Source: Gemmatimonadota bacterium
GTDB taxonomy: Bacteria > Gemmatimonadota > Gemmatimonadetes > Gemmatimonadales > GWC2-71-9
Direction of reading: 5' to 3'
Assembly: GCA_041499375.1 (NCBI GenBank)
Contig: JBGQKD010000006.1
Location: 43,582-107,581 of the forward strand
DNA: 64,000 nt
This document shows, piece by piece, positions 44,626-53,650 of the stretch (positions are counted from its first letter, which is position 1; every line of letters starts with the position of its first letter). The position numbers were made by a program, and so were the translations under genes. A model generated the notes under the pieces. The model was not told where the DNA came from. It saw nothing but the letters and a program-made list of their open reading frames with translations, and ran no database searches.

Positions 44626-45853
44626 CCGTGCGCTCGGCTGCTAACCCAGCGGCAATTCTGCTGGCGAGGCCGTACAGCCGGATGAAGCCCTCGGCGTCCT
44701 TCTGATTGTAAACGTTATCTTTGCCGAACGTCGCGTAGGACGGCTGGTACAGCGCGTACGGGCTCTCGCGGCCGGCGACGATGACGTTGCCCTTGAACAG
44801 CTTCAACCGGACGGTCCCCGTGATGTGCTTCTGCGTCGCCGTGACGAGCGCGTCGAGCGCTTCGCGCTCCGGCGTCCACCAGCGGCCGTCGTACACCAGG
44901 TCGGCGTAGCGGAGCGCCAGCTCGTCCTTCATTCGTAGTGTCCGGCGGTCGAGCACCATCTGCTCCAGCTCGCGATGCGCGGCGTAGAGCACGGTGCCGC
45001 CCGGCGTCTCGTATACGCCGCGCGACTTCATCCCGACGAGACGATCCTCCACGATGTCGGCGCGGCCGACGCCGTGCTCACCCGCGATTTCGTTCAGTTG
45101 CTCGAGCAGCTCGACCGGGCCGAGCGGCACGGCATCGACGCTGACGGGATTGCCTTCCTCGAAACCGATCGTCACGACGACCGGCTCGTCCGGCGCCTCG
45201 AGCGGATTCTTCGTCATGACGAAGATGTGCTCGGGCGCTTCCTGCGACGGATCCTCGAGGATGCCGCCCTCGTGCGAGCAGTGCCACAGGTTGCGGTCGG
45301 TGGAATACGGTTTCTCGGCGGTCGCCTGGACCGGCACGCCTTTCGCGTGCACGTAGGCGATGAGGTCCTCGCGGCTCTGGAATTTCCATTCGCGCCACGG
45401 CGCGATGATCTGCAGCTCGGGGGCGAGGGCGGCGTAGGTCAGCTCGAAGCGGACCTGGTCGTTGCCCTTGCCGGTGCAGCCGTGCGCCACGGCGTCCGCG
45501 CCGAGCCGCTGCGCCACGGCCACCTGGTGCGCCGCGGTGATCGGGCGCGCCATCGAGGTGCCGAGCAGATAGGTGCGGGCGTAGACGGCGCCGGCGCGCA
45601 GCGTCGGGAACACGAAGTCGCGTACGAACTCTTCGCGGAGATCCTCGATGATGCAGTCTTCGGCGCCGGAGCGTTTGGCTTTCGCGATCAGGCCCTCGAG
45701 CTCGCCGAGTCCCTGCCCCACATCAGCGGCGAAGCACACGACGCGCGCGCCGTACTGCTCACGCAGCCAGGGAACGATGGCGGACGTGTCGAGCCCGCCC
45801 GAATAGGCGAGGACGACAAGAGGGCCGGGACGGCCATTGTGTTGTTTATGCAT
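44609..45853 (-). CDS. argG: argininosuccinate synthase
   Basis: Tracked ORF 44609..45916 trimmed to ATG 45853. [34 protein letters not shown]. Confidence 0.95.
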   Translation of the reverse strand: MHKQHNGRPGPLVVLAYSGGLDTSAIVPWLREQYGARVVCFAADVGQGLGELEGLIAKAKRSGAEDCIIEDLREEFVRDFVFPTLRAGAVYARTYLLGTSMARPITAAHQVAVAQRLGADAVAHGCTGKGNDQVRFELTYAALAPELQIIAPWREWKFQSREDLIAYVHAKGVPVQATAEKPYSTDRNLWHCSHEGGILEDPSQEAPEHIFVMTKNPLEAPDEPVVVTIGFEEGNPVSVDAVPLGPVELLEQLNEIAGEHGVGRADIVEDRLVGMKSRGVYETPGGTVLYAAHRELEQMVLDRRTLRMKDELALRYADLVYDGRWWTPEREALDALVTATQKHITGTVRLKLFKGNVIVAGRESPYALYQPSYATFGKDNVYNQKDAEGFIRLYGLASRIAAGLAAERTDVPTS

Positions 45854-45856
45854 AGG

Positions 45857-45874
45857 TGTGAATAAAAATACATG
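45857..45874. promoter_or_regulatory. ARG-box-like palindrome (candidate ArgR operator) just upstream of argG
   Basis: TGTGAATAAAAATACATG, 4 nt upstream of the argG ATG. It fits the enterobacterial/Bacillus ARG-box pattern TGAAT-wwww-ATTCA with one core mismatch (ATACA). It is the only strongly AT-rich 18-mer in this region, and argR is encoded 2 kb upstream on the same strand. Confidence 0.5.
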
Positions 45875-45903
45875 CAGGCCGGGATCGTGCGCAAGGCCAG
45901 GTA

Positions 45904-47253
45904 TCACCATCCCCATCCCTGCCTGTACTTGGGTTTGATGTAGTCCTCGGGGACTCCCGTAGTGAGTACGGCGCCGGTTTGGGGATTCACGTCGATCGCC
46001 TGCGCCGTGCGGACGGCGAGATTGCCCAGCAACACCATCTCCGTGAGGGGCCCCGAGTGCTCGGGGATGTTCGATCCCGCCGGCGTGCCACCCTTACAGG
46101 CGGCGATCCATTCGGCGTAGACGCCTTCCGTGCGCGGATACTTCTGCGGCACCGGATGGGCGGTGACCTCGGCCTGTTTCGCCGCATCGAGCAGCTTCGG
46201 ATTCTCGCCGTAAATCCCCGCGATCAGGCGGCCGCCATCGCCGATCCAGAGCTGCCCGCTCGTGTCGAAGGGCCAGGCGTTGGGATCGGTGATCTCGGGC
46301 GGACGCGGCGGATAGAGACTGCCGTCGCGCCACACGACCGTCACCGGCGGGCGGTTGCCCTTCGCCGGGAACGCGTAGGTGATACGCGAGCACGCAGGGG
46401 CGGTCTCCGCGAACGGCTTCGTCGACTCCGCCTCGATCCGCGATGGATATCCGAGACCGAGCGTCCAGAACGACGCGTCCATCGAATGGCAGGCAATGTC
46501 ACCGAGGGCACCGGTGCCGAAATCCCACCAGCCGCGCCACTTGAACGGCGCGTACGCCGGATGGTATGGGCGCTCCGGCGCGGGACCGAGCCACAGATCC
46601 CAGTCGAGCGTCGCGGGCGTGTAGTACTCGTCGAGCGGACGCTCGATCGCCTGCGGCCAGATCGGCCGGTTGGTCCACAGTTGAACCTCGCGCACCGTAC
46701 CGATCAGGCCGGCCTCGACCCACTCACGAATCAAGCGCGTGCCTTCTTCGGCGTGGCCCTGATTCCCCATTTGCGTCTGGACCTTGTACTTCCGGGCCGC
46801 GTCTTCGAGCTGCTTCACCTCCCACAGCGTCCGCGCCAGCGGCTTCTGAATGCGCGTGTGCTTGCCCAGCTTCATCGCCATCATCCCGGCGACCGTGTGG
46901 GTATGATCGGGCGTCGAGACCGTGACGGCGTCGATGTTCTTTCCTTCTTTATCGAGCATCACGCGGAAATCCTTGAACCGCTTCGCGAGCGGAAACGCCG
47001 AGAACGATCCCGCGGCCTGGCGGTCGTCCACGTCGCACAGCGCGTAGATGTTCTCGGTCTTCCCCACCCCGCGCACGTCGTTCGCGCCCATCCCGCCAAC
47101 GCCGATGCACGCGATGTTGAGCTTATCGCTCGGCGCGAGGCGGCCCCCCCCGCGACCGCCGAGCACGTGCGCCGGCACGATCGTGAACGCGATCCCGCTG
47201 GCCAGGTCGCCGACAAAGCGGCGGCGTGAAATGGATTTCCGTTTGCGGCTCAT
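45904..47253 (-). CDS. Gfo/Idh/MocA-family oxidoreductase with Tat signal
   Basis: C-terminal 449 aa of tracked ORF 45904..47805. ATG 47253 (ATGA overlap with the DUF1080 stop). [31 protein letters not shown] Rossmann fold; TPDHTH. Confidence 0.9.
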   Translation of the reverse strand: MSRKRKSISRRRFVGDLASGIAFTIVPAHVLGGRGGGRLAPSDKLNIACIGVGGMGANDVRGVGKTENIYALCDVDDRQAAGSFSAFPLAKRFKDFRVMLDKEGKNIDAVTVSTPDHTHTVAGMMAMKLGKHTRIQKPLARTLWEVKQLEDAARKYKVQTQMGNQGHAEEGTRLIREWVEAGLIGTVREVQLWTNRPIWPQAIERPLDEYYTPATLDWDLWLGPAPERPYHPAYAPFKWRGWWDFGTGALGDIACHSMDASFWTLGLGYPSRIEAESTKPFAETAPACSRITYAFPAKGNRPPVTVVWRDGSLYPPRPPEITDPNAWPFDTSGQLWIGDGGRLIAGIYGENPKLLDAAKQAEVTAHPVPQKYPRTEGVYAEWIAACKGGTPAGSNIPEHSGPLTEMVLLGNLAVRTAQAIDVNPQTGAVLTTGVPEDYIKPKYRQGWGW

Positions 47254-47972
47254 GGCAGCACTCGAATCTTGATGTTGCGGAAGGCGACCACGTTGCCGTG
47301 GTCCTGCAATCCGATATGGCCTTGCGCGTTTTTTCCGAAGCGCGGATGCGGCTTGAACTTGCTGCCCGCGACTTGGGAATCCCAATCGCGGCTGCCCAGC
47401 TCGTACTCGACCATCTTGAAACCATTCAGCCAATGCTCGACATGGTTGCCGTTGATGATGAGGCGTGCCGCATTCCATTCGCCGCCGGGTCGGACGTGTC
47501 CGGGTGGCGCGGGATAGAGATCGTATGCCGCGCCCGCGGACGTCAGCGGTGACTGTCCGTCGGGGTGCTTCGCGTCGTCGAGCACCTGCATTTCCACCGC
47601 GTTCCAGTAGATCGCGTCGCTGTCTTCGCTCGCGCGGTAGAAGATGCCGCTGTTGCCACCGACTTCGATCTTCCAATCGATGCTCAGCTCGAAGTTCTTG
47701 AACTCGTCGTTCGTGATGATGTCGCCGCCCGCGCCCGTACGGGTAAGCGCGCCGTCCTGCACCTTCCAGCCGTCGGAGATCGTCGGCTTGCCGTAGTTGC
47801 GCCAACCGGTGGTGGTCTGTCCGTCGAACAGCAGCCGCCAGCCCGCAGCCTTCTCGGCGTCGGTCAGGGAATTCTGCGCGGCGGAGGATGGTGGAGGCGC
47901 TGGCGGTTGTGACTGCGGTTTACAGGAATTCGTGACGAGCAGAAGAGCGATTACGGCCAAATGAGTTCTCAT
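47250..47972 (-). CDS. DUF1080 (3-keto-disaccharide-hydrolase-type) lipoprotein
   Basis: ORF track 240 aa. Lipobox LLLVTNSC. GWRLLFDGQTTTGWRNYG, FELSIDWKI, NSGIFYR, IGLQDHGNVVAFRNIKI. Confidence 0.9.
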   Translation of the reverse strand: MRTHLAVIALLLVTNSCKPQSQPPAPPPSSAAQNSLTDAEKAAGWRLLFDGQTTTGWRNYGKPTISDGWKVQDGALTRTGAGGDIITNDEFKNFELSIDWKIEVGGNSGIFYRASEDSDAIYWNAVEMQVLDDAKHPDGQSPLTSAGAAYDLYPAPPGHVRPGGEWNAARLIINGNHVEHWLNGFKMVEYELGSRDWDSQVAGSKFKPHPRFGKNAQGHIGLQDHGNVVAFRNIKIRVLP

Positions 47973-48433
47973 GCAGGGAGTCCCGCGAGCTCTTTCAGCC
48001 GCGTCTGAACGGCGCGGCGGCTTCGCTCGCTGCGAGTGATGACGAGGATGGCATCATCGCCGGCGATGGTGCCGATGATTTCGCTCCAGCCGGCGCCGTC
48101 GAGCGCCAGGCCGAGCGCCTGCGCGGAGCCGGTGGTGGTCTTGAGGACGAGCGCCCAATCGACGCCTTCGACCGAGACGAGCATGGTAGGAAGCAGCTGC
48201 TCCAGATGCTGCCGCACGCCCCCCCCGGCGCCGCCGTCCGGCCCGGCGGCGTAATGCGAACCGCCGTCGGGGGCCGAGACCTTCGCAAGCCCGAGCTCCC
48301 GGATGTCACGCGACAAGGTGGCCTGCGTCACGTTGTAGCCTTCGGCCTTGAGACGCTCCCGCAGCTGCTCCTGACTGCCCACCGTTTCCTGCCGCACGAT
48401 CCGCAGGATGGCCGCGTGACGCTGCGTTTTCAT
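47969..48433 (-). CDS. argR: arginine repressor
   Basis: C-terminal 154 aa of tracked ORF 47969..48589. ATG 48433. RHAAILRIV...SQEQLRERLKAEGYNVTQATLSRDIRELGL. C-terminal GTIAGDDAILVI. Its stop overlaps the DUF1080 start (ATGA 47969-47972). Confidence 0.9.
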   Translation of the reverse strand: MKTQRHAAILRIVRQETVGSQEQLRERLKAEGYNVTQATLSRDIRELGLAKVSAPDGGSHYAAGPDGGAGGGVRQHLEQLLPTMLVSVEGVDWALVLKTTTGSAQALGLALDGAGWSEIIGTIAGDDAILVITRSERSRRAVQTRLKELAGLPA

Positions 48434-48444
48434 GGCGGGCAAAT

Positions 48445-49644
48445 CTAGTGCGCTTCCGGAGATCCAGCCCGGTGCACCATCCGGCCCGCAACCACGGTCA
48501 GGACGGCCCGACGGCCCGACGGCCGGACGGCTAGAACCGCGAGATCTGCTGCTTTCCCGACTTCCAGCGAGCCGATCTCGTTTTCCCAACCCAACGCCCG
48601 CGCCCCTTCTATTGTAAGCGCTCGCAGCGCCGCGTCACCGCGCAAACCGGCCACGTCAGCTTCCGCCCACAGGTCCAGCTCGCCCACGCTGACAACAGAG
48701 TCTGTGCCCAGTCCCACCGGCACGCCAGCGGCACGAAACCCATCGAGCGGCAGTTTGCCGTGACGATGCGCGGCGTTCGATCGCGGGCAGTGCGCCACCG
48801 ACGCGCTCAACACCCGCAATAGCTCGACGTCGGCCTCGTCGACCTGTACGCAGTGAATACACAGCGTTCCCGGCTTGATGACCCCACGCTGCATGAGGTA
48901 CGCGATTGGCGACACCCCCCGCGCCTCGACCGCGATCCCTCGCTCGCGCATCGCCTGAGCGAATGGTCCATTCCCGTCCCGTATGAACGCCGTCTCTTCG
49001 CGCGACTCGGCCACGTGCACGGCGATCGGCAACTGTTCCTCGCGTGCGTAGGCCGCGACGGCTTCATAGAGCGGCGGGCTCACGGTATACGGAGCATGCG
49101 GCGACACGCCGAGCCGCAGCTCCGGCCGCTCGAGTCCACGCAACGCAGTCACCGCCGTCTGGAGCTCGGCCATGCTCGCATCGCGCTGTGCGGGATCGGG
49201 GCCGAAGACTTCCTGGTAGACGATTGCTCGGCCGCCGAGATCGTGCAGCGCGCGCATCGCCGCACCGGTGCTGCCGGTTTCCGCGACGCACGTGACGCCG
49301 CGCGCCCAGCAATCCCGGATGCCGGCGACCGCCGCCTCGTAAAACGCTTCCGCGCTGGTCGTCTCCTTCAGCTCGCGAATGCGGCGGATCCATTTGAGAA
49401 ACTCCGGCTCGTCGTGCTGCGCACCGCCGCCGAGATGTGTGAGCTCCAGATGCGTGTGACAATTGACGAGCCCGGGCATCAGCTCCGCGTCGGGGAAGTG
49501 CATGGCGCGTGCGGCGTGCGGCGTTGGCACGTCAGCATTGCGACCCACAGCCGAGATTCGTCCGGTTTCGTCAACAAGAACGGCGCCGTCCTCGAGGGGC
49601 GGCGCCGTGACGGGATGGACCCGGCCAGCTCGAATGCGGAGCAA
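48445..49644 (-). CDS. amidohydrolase-family protein (chlorohydrolase/deaminase-like)
   Basis: ORF track 399 aa (TTG start). GLVNCHTHLE metal motif, AVHVAES, GLGTDS. Confidence 0.82.
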   Translation of the reverse strand: MLRIRAGRVHPVTAPPLEDGAVLVDETGRISAVGRNADVPTPHAARAMHFPDAELMPGLVNCHTHLELTHLGGGAQHDEPEFLKWIRRIRELKETTSAEAFYEAAVAGIRDCWARGVTCVAETGSTGAAMRALHDLGGRAIVYQEVFGPDPAQRDASMAELQTAVTALRGLERPELRLGVSPHAPYTVSPPLYEAVAAYAREEQLPIAVHVAESREETAFIRDGNGPFAQAMRERGIAVEARGVSPIAYLMQRGVIKPGTLCIHCVQVDEADVELLRVLSASVAHCPRSNAAHRHGKLPLDGFRAAGVPVGLGTDSVVSVGELDLWAEADVAGLRGDAALRALTIEGARALGWENEIGSLEVGKAADLAVLAVRPSGRRAVLTVVAGRMVHRAGSPEAH

Positions 49645-49648
49645 GAGC

Positions 49649-51868
49649 TTAGGGTGTGACCCCTACCCCGAACGGTGAGTGCACCTGGCACACCTGCGTG
49701 GGCTCAGTGCCGGGATAGAACCACTCCCAGCGCCGCACCTCGAGCGGGCAGAACGGCGTCGCGAGGAATCCGTTCGACCAGTCGACTTCGCGCGTGACGA
49801 GATCGTCGGGACGAGCCCAGTCGCCGGGCGACGGCCGCCGCTCGTACACGTCGCGCATGAACTTCGTCCACGCGGGCGCCACGATGCGGCCGCCGCCGGC
49901 GTTGTTCATGATGCGCCGCTGGAGATCATACCCGATCCAGATCCCCGTGACGATCTCGGGCGTGAAGCCCACGAACCAGGCGTCGGTGTAGTCGTCCGTC
50001 GTCCCGGTCTTGCCGGCCATCGGAATCCGCAATCCGCCGACCGCGCCCGCCGCTGTGCCGCAGCGATGCGGACCCGTGCCCGGCTGGCAGCGCATCACGT
50101 CCTTCATCATGTCGAGCATCAGCCAGTTGTGCTCGGGGTCGAGCACCTGCTCGCGCTTGATCGTGGACTGATAGAGGATGTTGCCCTGGCGGTCCTCGAT
50201 GCGCTGGATGCCGATCGGCTCGACCCGCGTACCGTTATTCGCGAACGACGTGTAGGCCGCGATCAGCTCGATCGGTTTGGTCTCGCGCGCACCGATGTGA
50301 ATCGACGGGTACGGCGGCAACGGCGTCGTGATGCCGTACCGCCGCGCTTCGCCGATGACGGTCTGCTCGCCGAGCGACATGCCGAGCTTGATCGTCGAGA
50401 GGTTGCGCGACATGTATAGCGATTGGCGCATCGGGATGAGGCCCAGCGTCGTGTCGTCGTAGTCCTTCGGCTGCCACAGCGAGCTGTCGAGCTGAATGAC
50501 CGGCGGGTTGAGCGGCGAGTCGTCGAGCATCTCCGTGACCGGATGCCCGGCGCGGACCGCGGCCGAGTAGACGAACGGCTTGAACGTCGAGCCCGGCGGC
50601 CGTGCCGACTGCGTCACGCGATTCCATTTCGAATCACTGAAATCGCGGCCGCCCACCATGGCGAGGATGTTGCCGGTCTTGGCGTCGAGGGCGAGCAGCG
50701 CGCCCTGGAGATACTGCGCGAACGGACCCTGGTCGTCCGGCGTCGCGCGGCCCTGTTCGATGTACTGGCGATAGGACGTGCCTTCGAACTTGCCGTTCGA
50801 GTACACGCCCGATTCGATCTCGTCGAGCTGCGACTCCAGCGACTGCTCCGCCGCTTCCTGCATGTCGAGGTCGAGCGTCGTATAGATGCGCAGCCCCTTC
50901 TCGTACAGATCGCGGCCGAAGCGCGGCTCGAGGAACGACGCCCGCAGCCATTCGACGAAGTAGGGCGCCACGTCGCCGTAGTTCGTGCGCCGCGTCGTCA
51001 GGACGAGCGGGTACGCCTTCCAGAACTCCGCGTCCTCGGGCGCCAGGTATCCCTGATCGCGCATCAGGTTCAGGATGGCGTTGCGGCGCAACACCGCGCG
51101 GTCGGGATGCGTGCGCGGATTGTAGTTCCCCGGCGCCTTGGGCAACGCCGCCAGCGTCGCGGCCTCAGCGACGTTCAGGTCGCGGGCCGACTTCCCGAAG
51201 AACACCTGCGACGCCGCTTCGACACCAAACACGTTCGGCCCGAGGCTGATCTGGTTGAGGTACAGCTCGAGAATCGTGTCCTTGCTGAAGTTGCGCTCCA
51301 GCTCCACCGCCACCCGGGCCTCGCGCAGTTTGCGCGTGATCTTCTTCTCACGGCCGAGCCGCTCGGGGAAGACGTTGCGCGCGAGCTGCATCGTGATGGT
51401 CGAGAAGCCCTGTGTGTAGTGCAACGTCAGCACATTGGCCTTGAGCGCGCCGAGGATGCGCCAGTAGTCGATGCCGTGGTGCTTGTAGAAGCGCTTGTCT
51501 TCGACCGCGACGAAGGCCTGCCGCACATGCAGGGGGATCTGGTCGAGCGGGAGCACGGTCCGCAGCTGGATTCCGAGCTCGCTGATGAGCCGTCCATCCG
51601 CGGCATAGACCTTGGACGTCTGCTGCTGGACGTTGCGATCCTGTCCCGGATCGAGCCGCATGATGCTGGGGCAGCGGTCGCCTGAGCAGACGCGCGTCCA
51701 TGAGCCGTACACCAGCCCGCTGCCATAGAGCAGGGCCAGCACGGTCACGATGATCGCCCGCCGGCGCTGGACCGGATCGTACCACCAGCGAATGAAAAAC
51801 GGGCGGCGTGATCCTGCGGCGACGCGGGGGGGGGGCGGCGAAGGGGGTGTCGTCGATGCCATCTGCAC
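49649..51868 (-). CDS. class A penicillin-binding protein (transglycosylase plus transpeptidase)
   Basis: ORF track 739 aa (GTG 51868; ATG 51862 alternative). EDKRFYKHHGID, RKLREA, STFKP, SRN, KTGTT. Confidence 0.92.
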   Translation of the reverse strand: MQMASTTPPSPPPPRVAAGSRRPFFIRWWYDPVQRRRAIIVTVLALLYGSGLVYGSWTRVCSGDRCPSIMRLDPGQDRNVQQQTSKVYAADGRLISELGIQLRTVLPLDQIPLHVRQAFVAVEDKRFYKHHGIDYWRILGALKANVLTLHYTQGFSTITMQLARNVFPERLGREKKITRKLREARVAVELERNFSKDTILELYLNQISLGPNVFGVEAASQVFFGKSARDLNVAEAATLAALPKAPGNYNPRTHPDRAVLRRNAILNLMRDQGYLAPEDAEFWKAYPLVLTTRRTNYGDVAPYFVEWLRASFLEPRFGRDLYEKGLRIYTTLDLDMQEAAEQSLESQLDEIESGVYSNGKFEGTSYRQYIEQGRATPDDQGPFAQYLQGALLALDAKTGNILAMVGGRDFSDSKWNRVTQSARPPGSTFKPFVYSAAVRAGHPVTEMLDDSPLNPPVIQLDSSLWQPKDYDDTTLGLIPMRQSLYMSRNLSTIKLGMSLGEQTVIGEARRYGITTPLPPYPSIHIGARETKPIELIAAYTSFANNGTRVEPIGIQRIEDRQGNILYQSTIKREQVLDPEHNWLMLDMMKDVMRCQPGTGPHRCGTAAGAVGGLRIPMAGKTGTTDDYTDAWFVGFTPEIVTGIWIGYDLQRRIMNNAGGGRIVAPAWTKFMRDVYERRPSPGDWARPDDLVTREVDWSNGFLATPFCPLEVRRWEWFYPGTEPTQVCQVHSPFGVGVTP

Positions 51869-51899
51869 TAAAACCTAGTAAGGGCGTAGATTCGCCGCC

Positions 51900-53162
51900 A
51901 TGACCGACGTGCTGAAGGAGTTGGAATGGCGCGGATTCGTACAGCAAGCGACGCCCGGCCTCGCCGCGCATTTCGCCAAGGGACCGGTCACCGCGTACTG
52001 CGGCTTCGACCCGACCGCGCCGTCGCTGCAGCTCGGCAACCTGATGCCCCTGATGCTGCTCGCCAATCTGCAACGTGGCGGGCACCGCCCCATCGTGCTG
52101 ATGGGCGGGGGGACCGGATTGATCGGCGATCCGTCAGGCAAAGCGGGTGAGCGGCCGTTGTTGTCGAAAGAACAAATCCGCGAGAACCTGCAGCATCAGC
52201 GCGATCAGATGGCGCGCTTTCTCGAATTCGGCGCGGGCCCGACCGCGGCGCTTCTCCTCGACAATGCCAAGTGGCTCGGCTCACAGGGGCTGATCGACTT
52301 TCTGCGCGACGTCGGCAAGCACTTCACCGTCAACATCATGCTGCAAAAGGAATCGGTGAAGGCGCGGCTCGAGGCCGGGCTGTCGTTCACCGAGTTCAGC
52401 TACATGCTGCTGCAGGCGTACGACTTCCTGCACCTGTTCCGCGAGCGGCAATGCACGCTGCAGGTGGGCGGCAGCGACCAGTGGGGCAACATCACGGCCG
52501 GCGTCGAACTGATTCGCCGCATCGAGAATGCGGAGGCACACGGCCTCGTCGCGCCACTCGTGACCATGGCGTCGGGAAAGAAGTTTGGAAAGACCGAGAC
52601 CGGCGCGATCTACCTGGATGCGACGCTGACGTCGCCGTACAAGTTCTATCAGTTCTGGATCAATGTGGACGACCGCGACGTGGAGAGCTACCTCCAACTC
52701 TTCACGCTGAAAACTCGAGGCGAGATCCAGGAGCTGGCGGCGCAACAGAAGCGCGATCCCGCCGGGCGACCGGCGCAGCGCGCGCTCGCCGCCGACGTGA
52801 CAGCGCGCGTGCACAGCGCCGATGTCCTGCAGGGCGTTGAGGCGGCGTCCGCGATTCTGTTTGGCGACGAGCAGGCCGAGGTGCATCCGCGGGTGTTCGA
52901 CATCCTGGCGGGTGAAATTCCGACGATTGTCCTCGAAGGCGACTCGGACAGCGCTACGCTGGTCGATCTCGTCGCGCGCTCGGGCCTCGCCAAGTCCAAA
53001 AGCGAGGCGCGCCGGAGCATCGAGCAAGGTGGGATCTACGTGAACCAGCAGCGCATCGATGACGTCGCGCGAACCATCGCCTCGGGCGACTGGATCGGCG
53101 GCCGGAATCTGCTCCTACGCAAGGGAAAGAAGGATTACGCACTGCTGCGACGAGCCGGGTGA
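51900..53162 (+). CDS. tyrS: tyrosine--tRNA ligase
   Basis: ORF track 420 aa. YCGFDPTAPSLQLGNL, GGSDQWGNI, KFGKT, C-terminal S4-like domain. Confidence 0.95.
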   Translation: MTDVLKELEWRGFVQQATPGLAAHFAKGPVTAYCGFDPTAPSLQLGNLMPLMLLANLQRGGHRPIVLMGGGTGLIGDPSGKAGERPLLSKEQIRENLQHQRDQMARFLEFGAGPTAALLLDNAKWLGSQGLIDFLRDVGKHFTVNIMLQKESVKARLEAGLSFTEFSYMLLQAYDFLHLFRERQCTLQVGGSDQWGNITAGVELIRRIENAEAHGLVAPLVTMASGKKFGKTETGAIYLDATLTSPYKFYQFWINVDDRDVESYLQLFTLKTRGEIQELAAQQKRDPAGRPAQRALAADVTARVHSADVLQGVEAASAILFGDEQAEVHPRVFDILAGEIPTIVLEGDSDSATLVDLVARSGLAKSKSEARRSIEQGGIYVNQQRIDDVARTIASGDWIGGRNLLLRKGKKDYALLRRAG

Positions 53163-53646
53163 TGGACGCTCGCGTCCAGCTGTTGCTCGAAGTCTTCGAT
53201 CAGGCCTACACCGCCCCGTGTCCTGGCACGGCACGCCGCTCAAGGGCGCGCTGCGCGGCCTCAGCGCGCGCCAGGCCCTGTGGCGGCCGGGCGCCAAGCG
53301 TCATTGCATCTGGGATCTCGTCCTCCATACCGCGTATTGGAAATGCATGGTCCGCCGCCGGCTGCTGCGCGACCCCGACATCACGTTCCCGCGCGACGGC
53401 TCGAACTGGCTCCCGCTTCCCGACCGGCCGAACGAAGCCGCCTGGAAGCGCGACCGCGCGCTGCTCGACGAAGAGCACCGGCTCCTCCACAACGCGATTG
53501 CAAAGCTGAAACCGTCCGATCTCGGCCGGCGCGGCTGGCGCTCGCGCTGGCGGGTGCGGCAGGAGATCTACGGGATCGCATCACACGACCTGTATCACGC
53601 CGGGCAAATACAGTTGCTAAAGAGGCTAAGAACACTAAGGGGCTAA
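53162..53646 (+). pseudogene. DinB-family protein with an apparent 1-nt frameshift (or assembly error) at a C4 run
   Basis: ATG 53162 (overlaps the tyrS TGA by 1 nt) gives MDARVQLLLEVFDQAYTAP, then leaves the sensible frame at 53214-53217. The other frame (tracked ORF 53059..53646) continues VSWHGTPLKGALRGLSARQALWRPGAKRHCIWDLVLHTAYW...HDLYHAGQIQLL, typical of DinB. One extra C would join them. Confidence 0.55.
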
Positions 53647-53650
53647 GAAC

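Noticed and set aside
45836-45853. A second ARG box adjacent to the strong one, overlapping the first argG codons (ATGCATAAACAACACAAT on the minus strand).
   Set aside because: It has several mismatches to the TGAAT-wwww-ATTCA core and its sequence is constrained by coding. It is too weak to call without a PWM score.
47144-48226. C8 homopolymers at 47144-47151 (Gfo/Idh/MocA signal region) and 48219-48226 (argR), considered as contingency loci.
   Set aside because: Runs of 8 are expected by composition alone in this much GC-rich DNA. Both encode Gly runs in non-critical regions.
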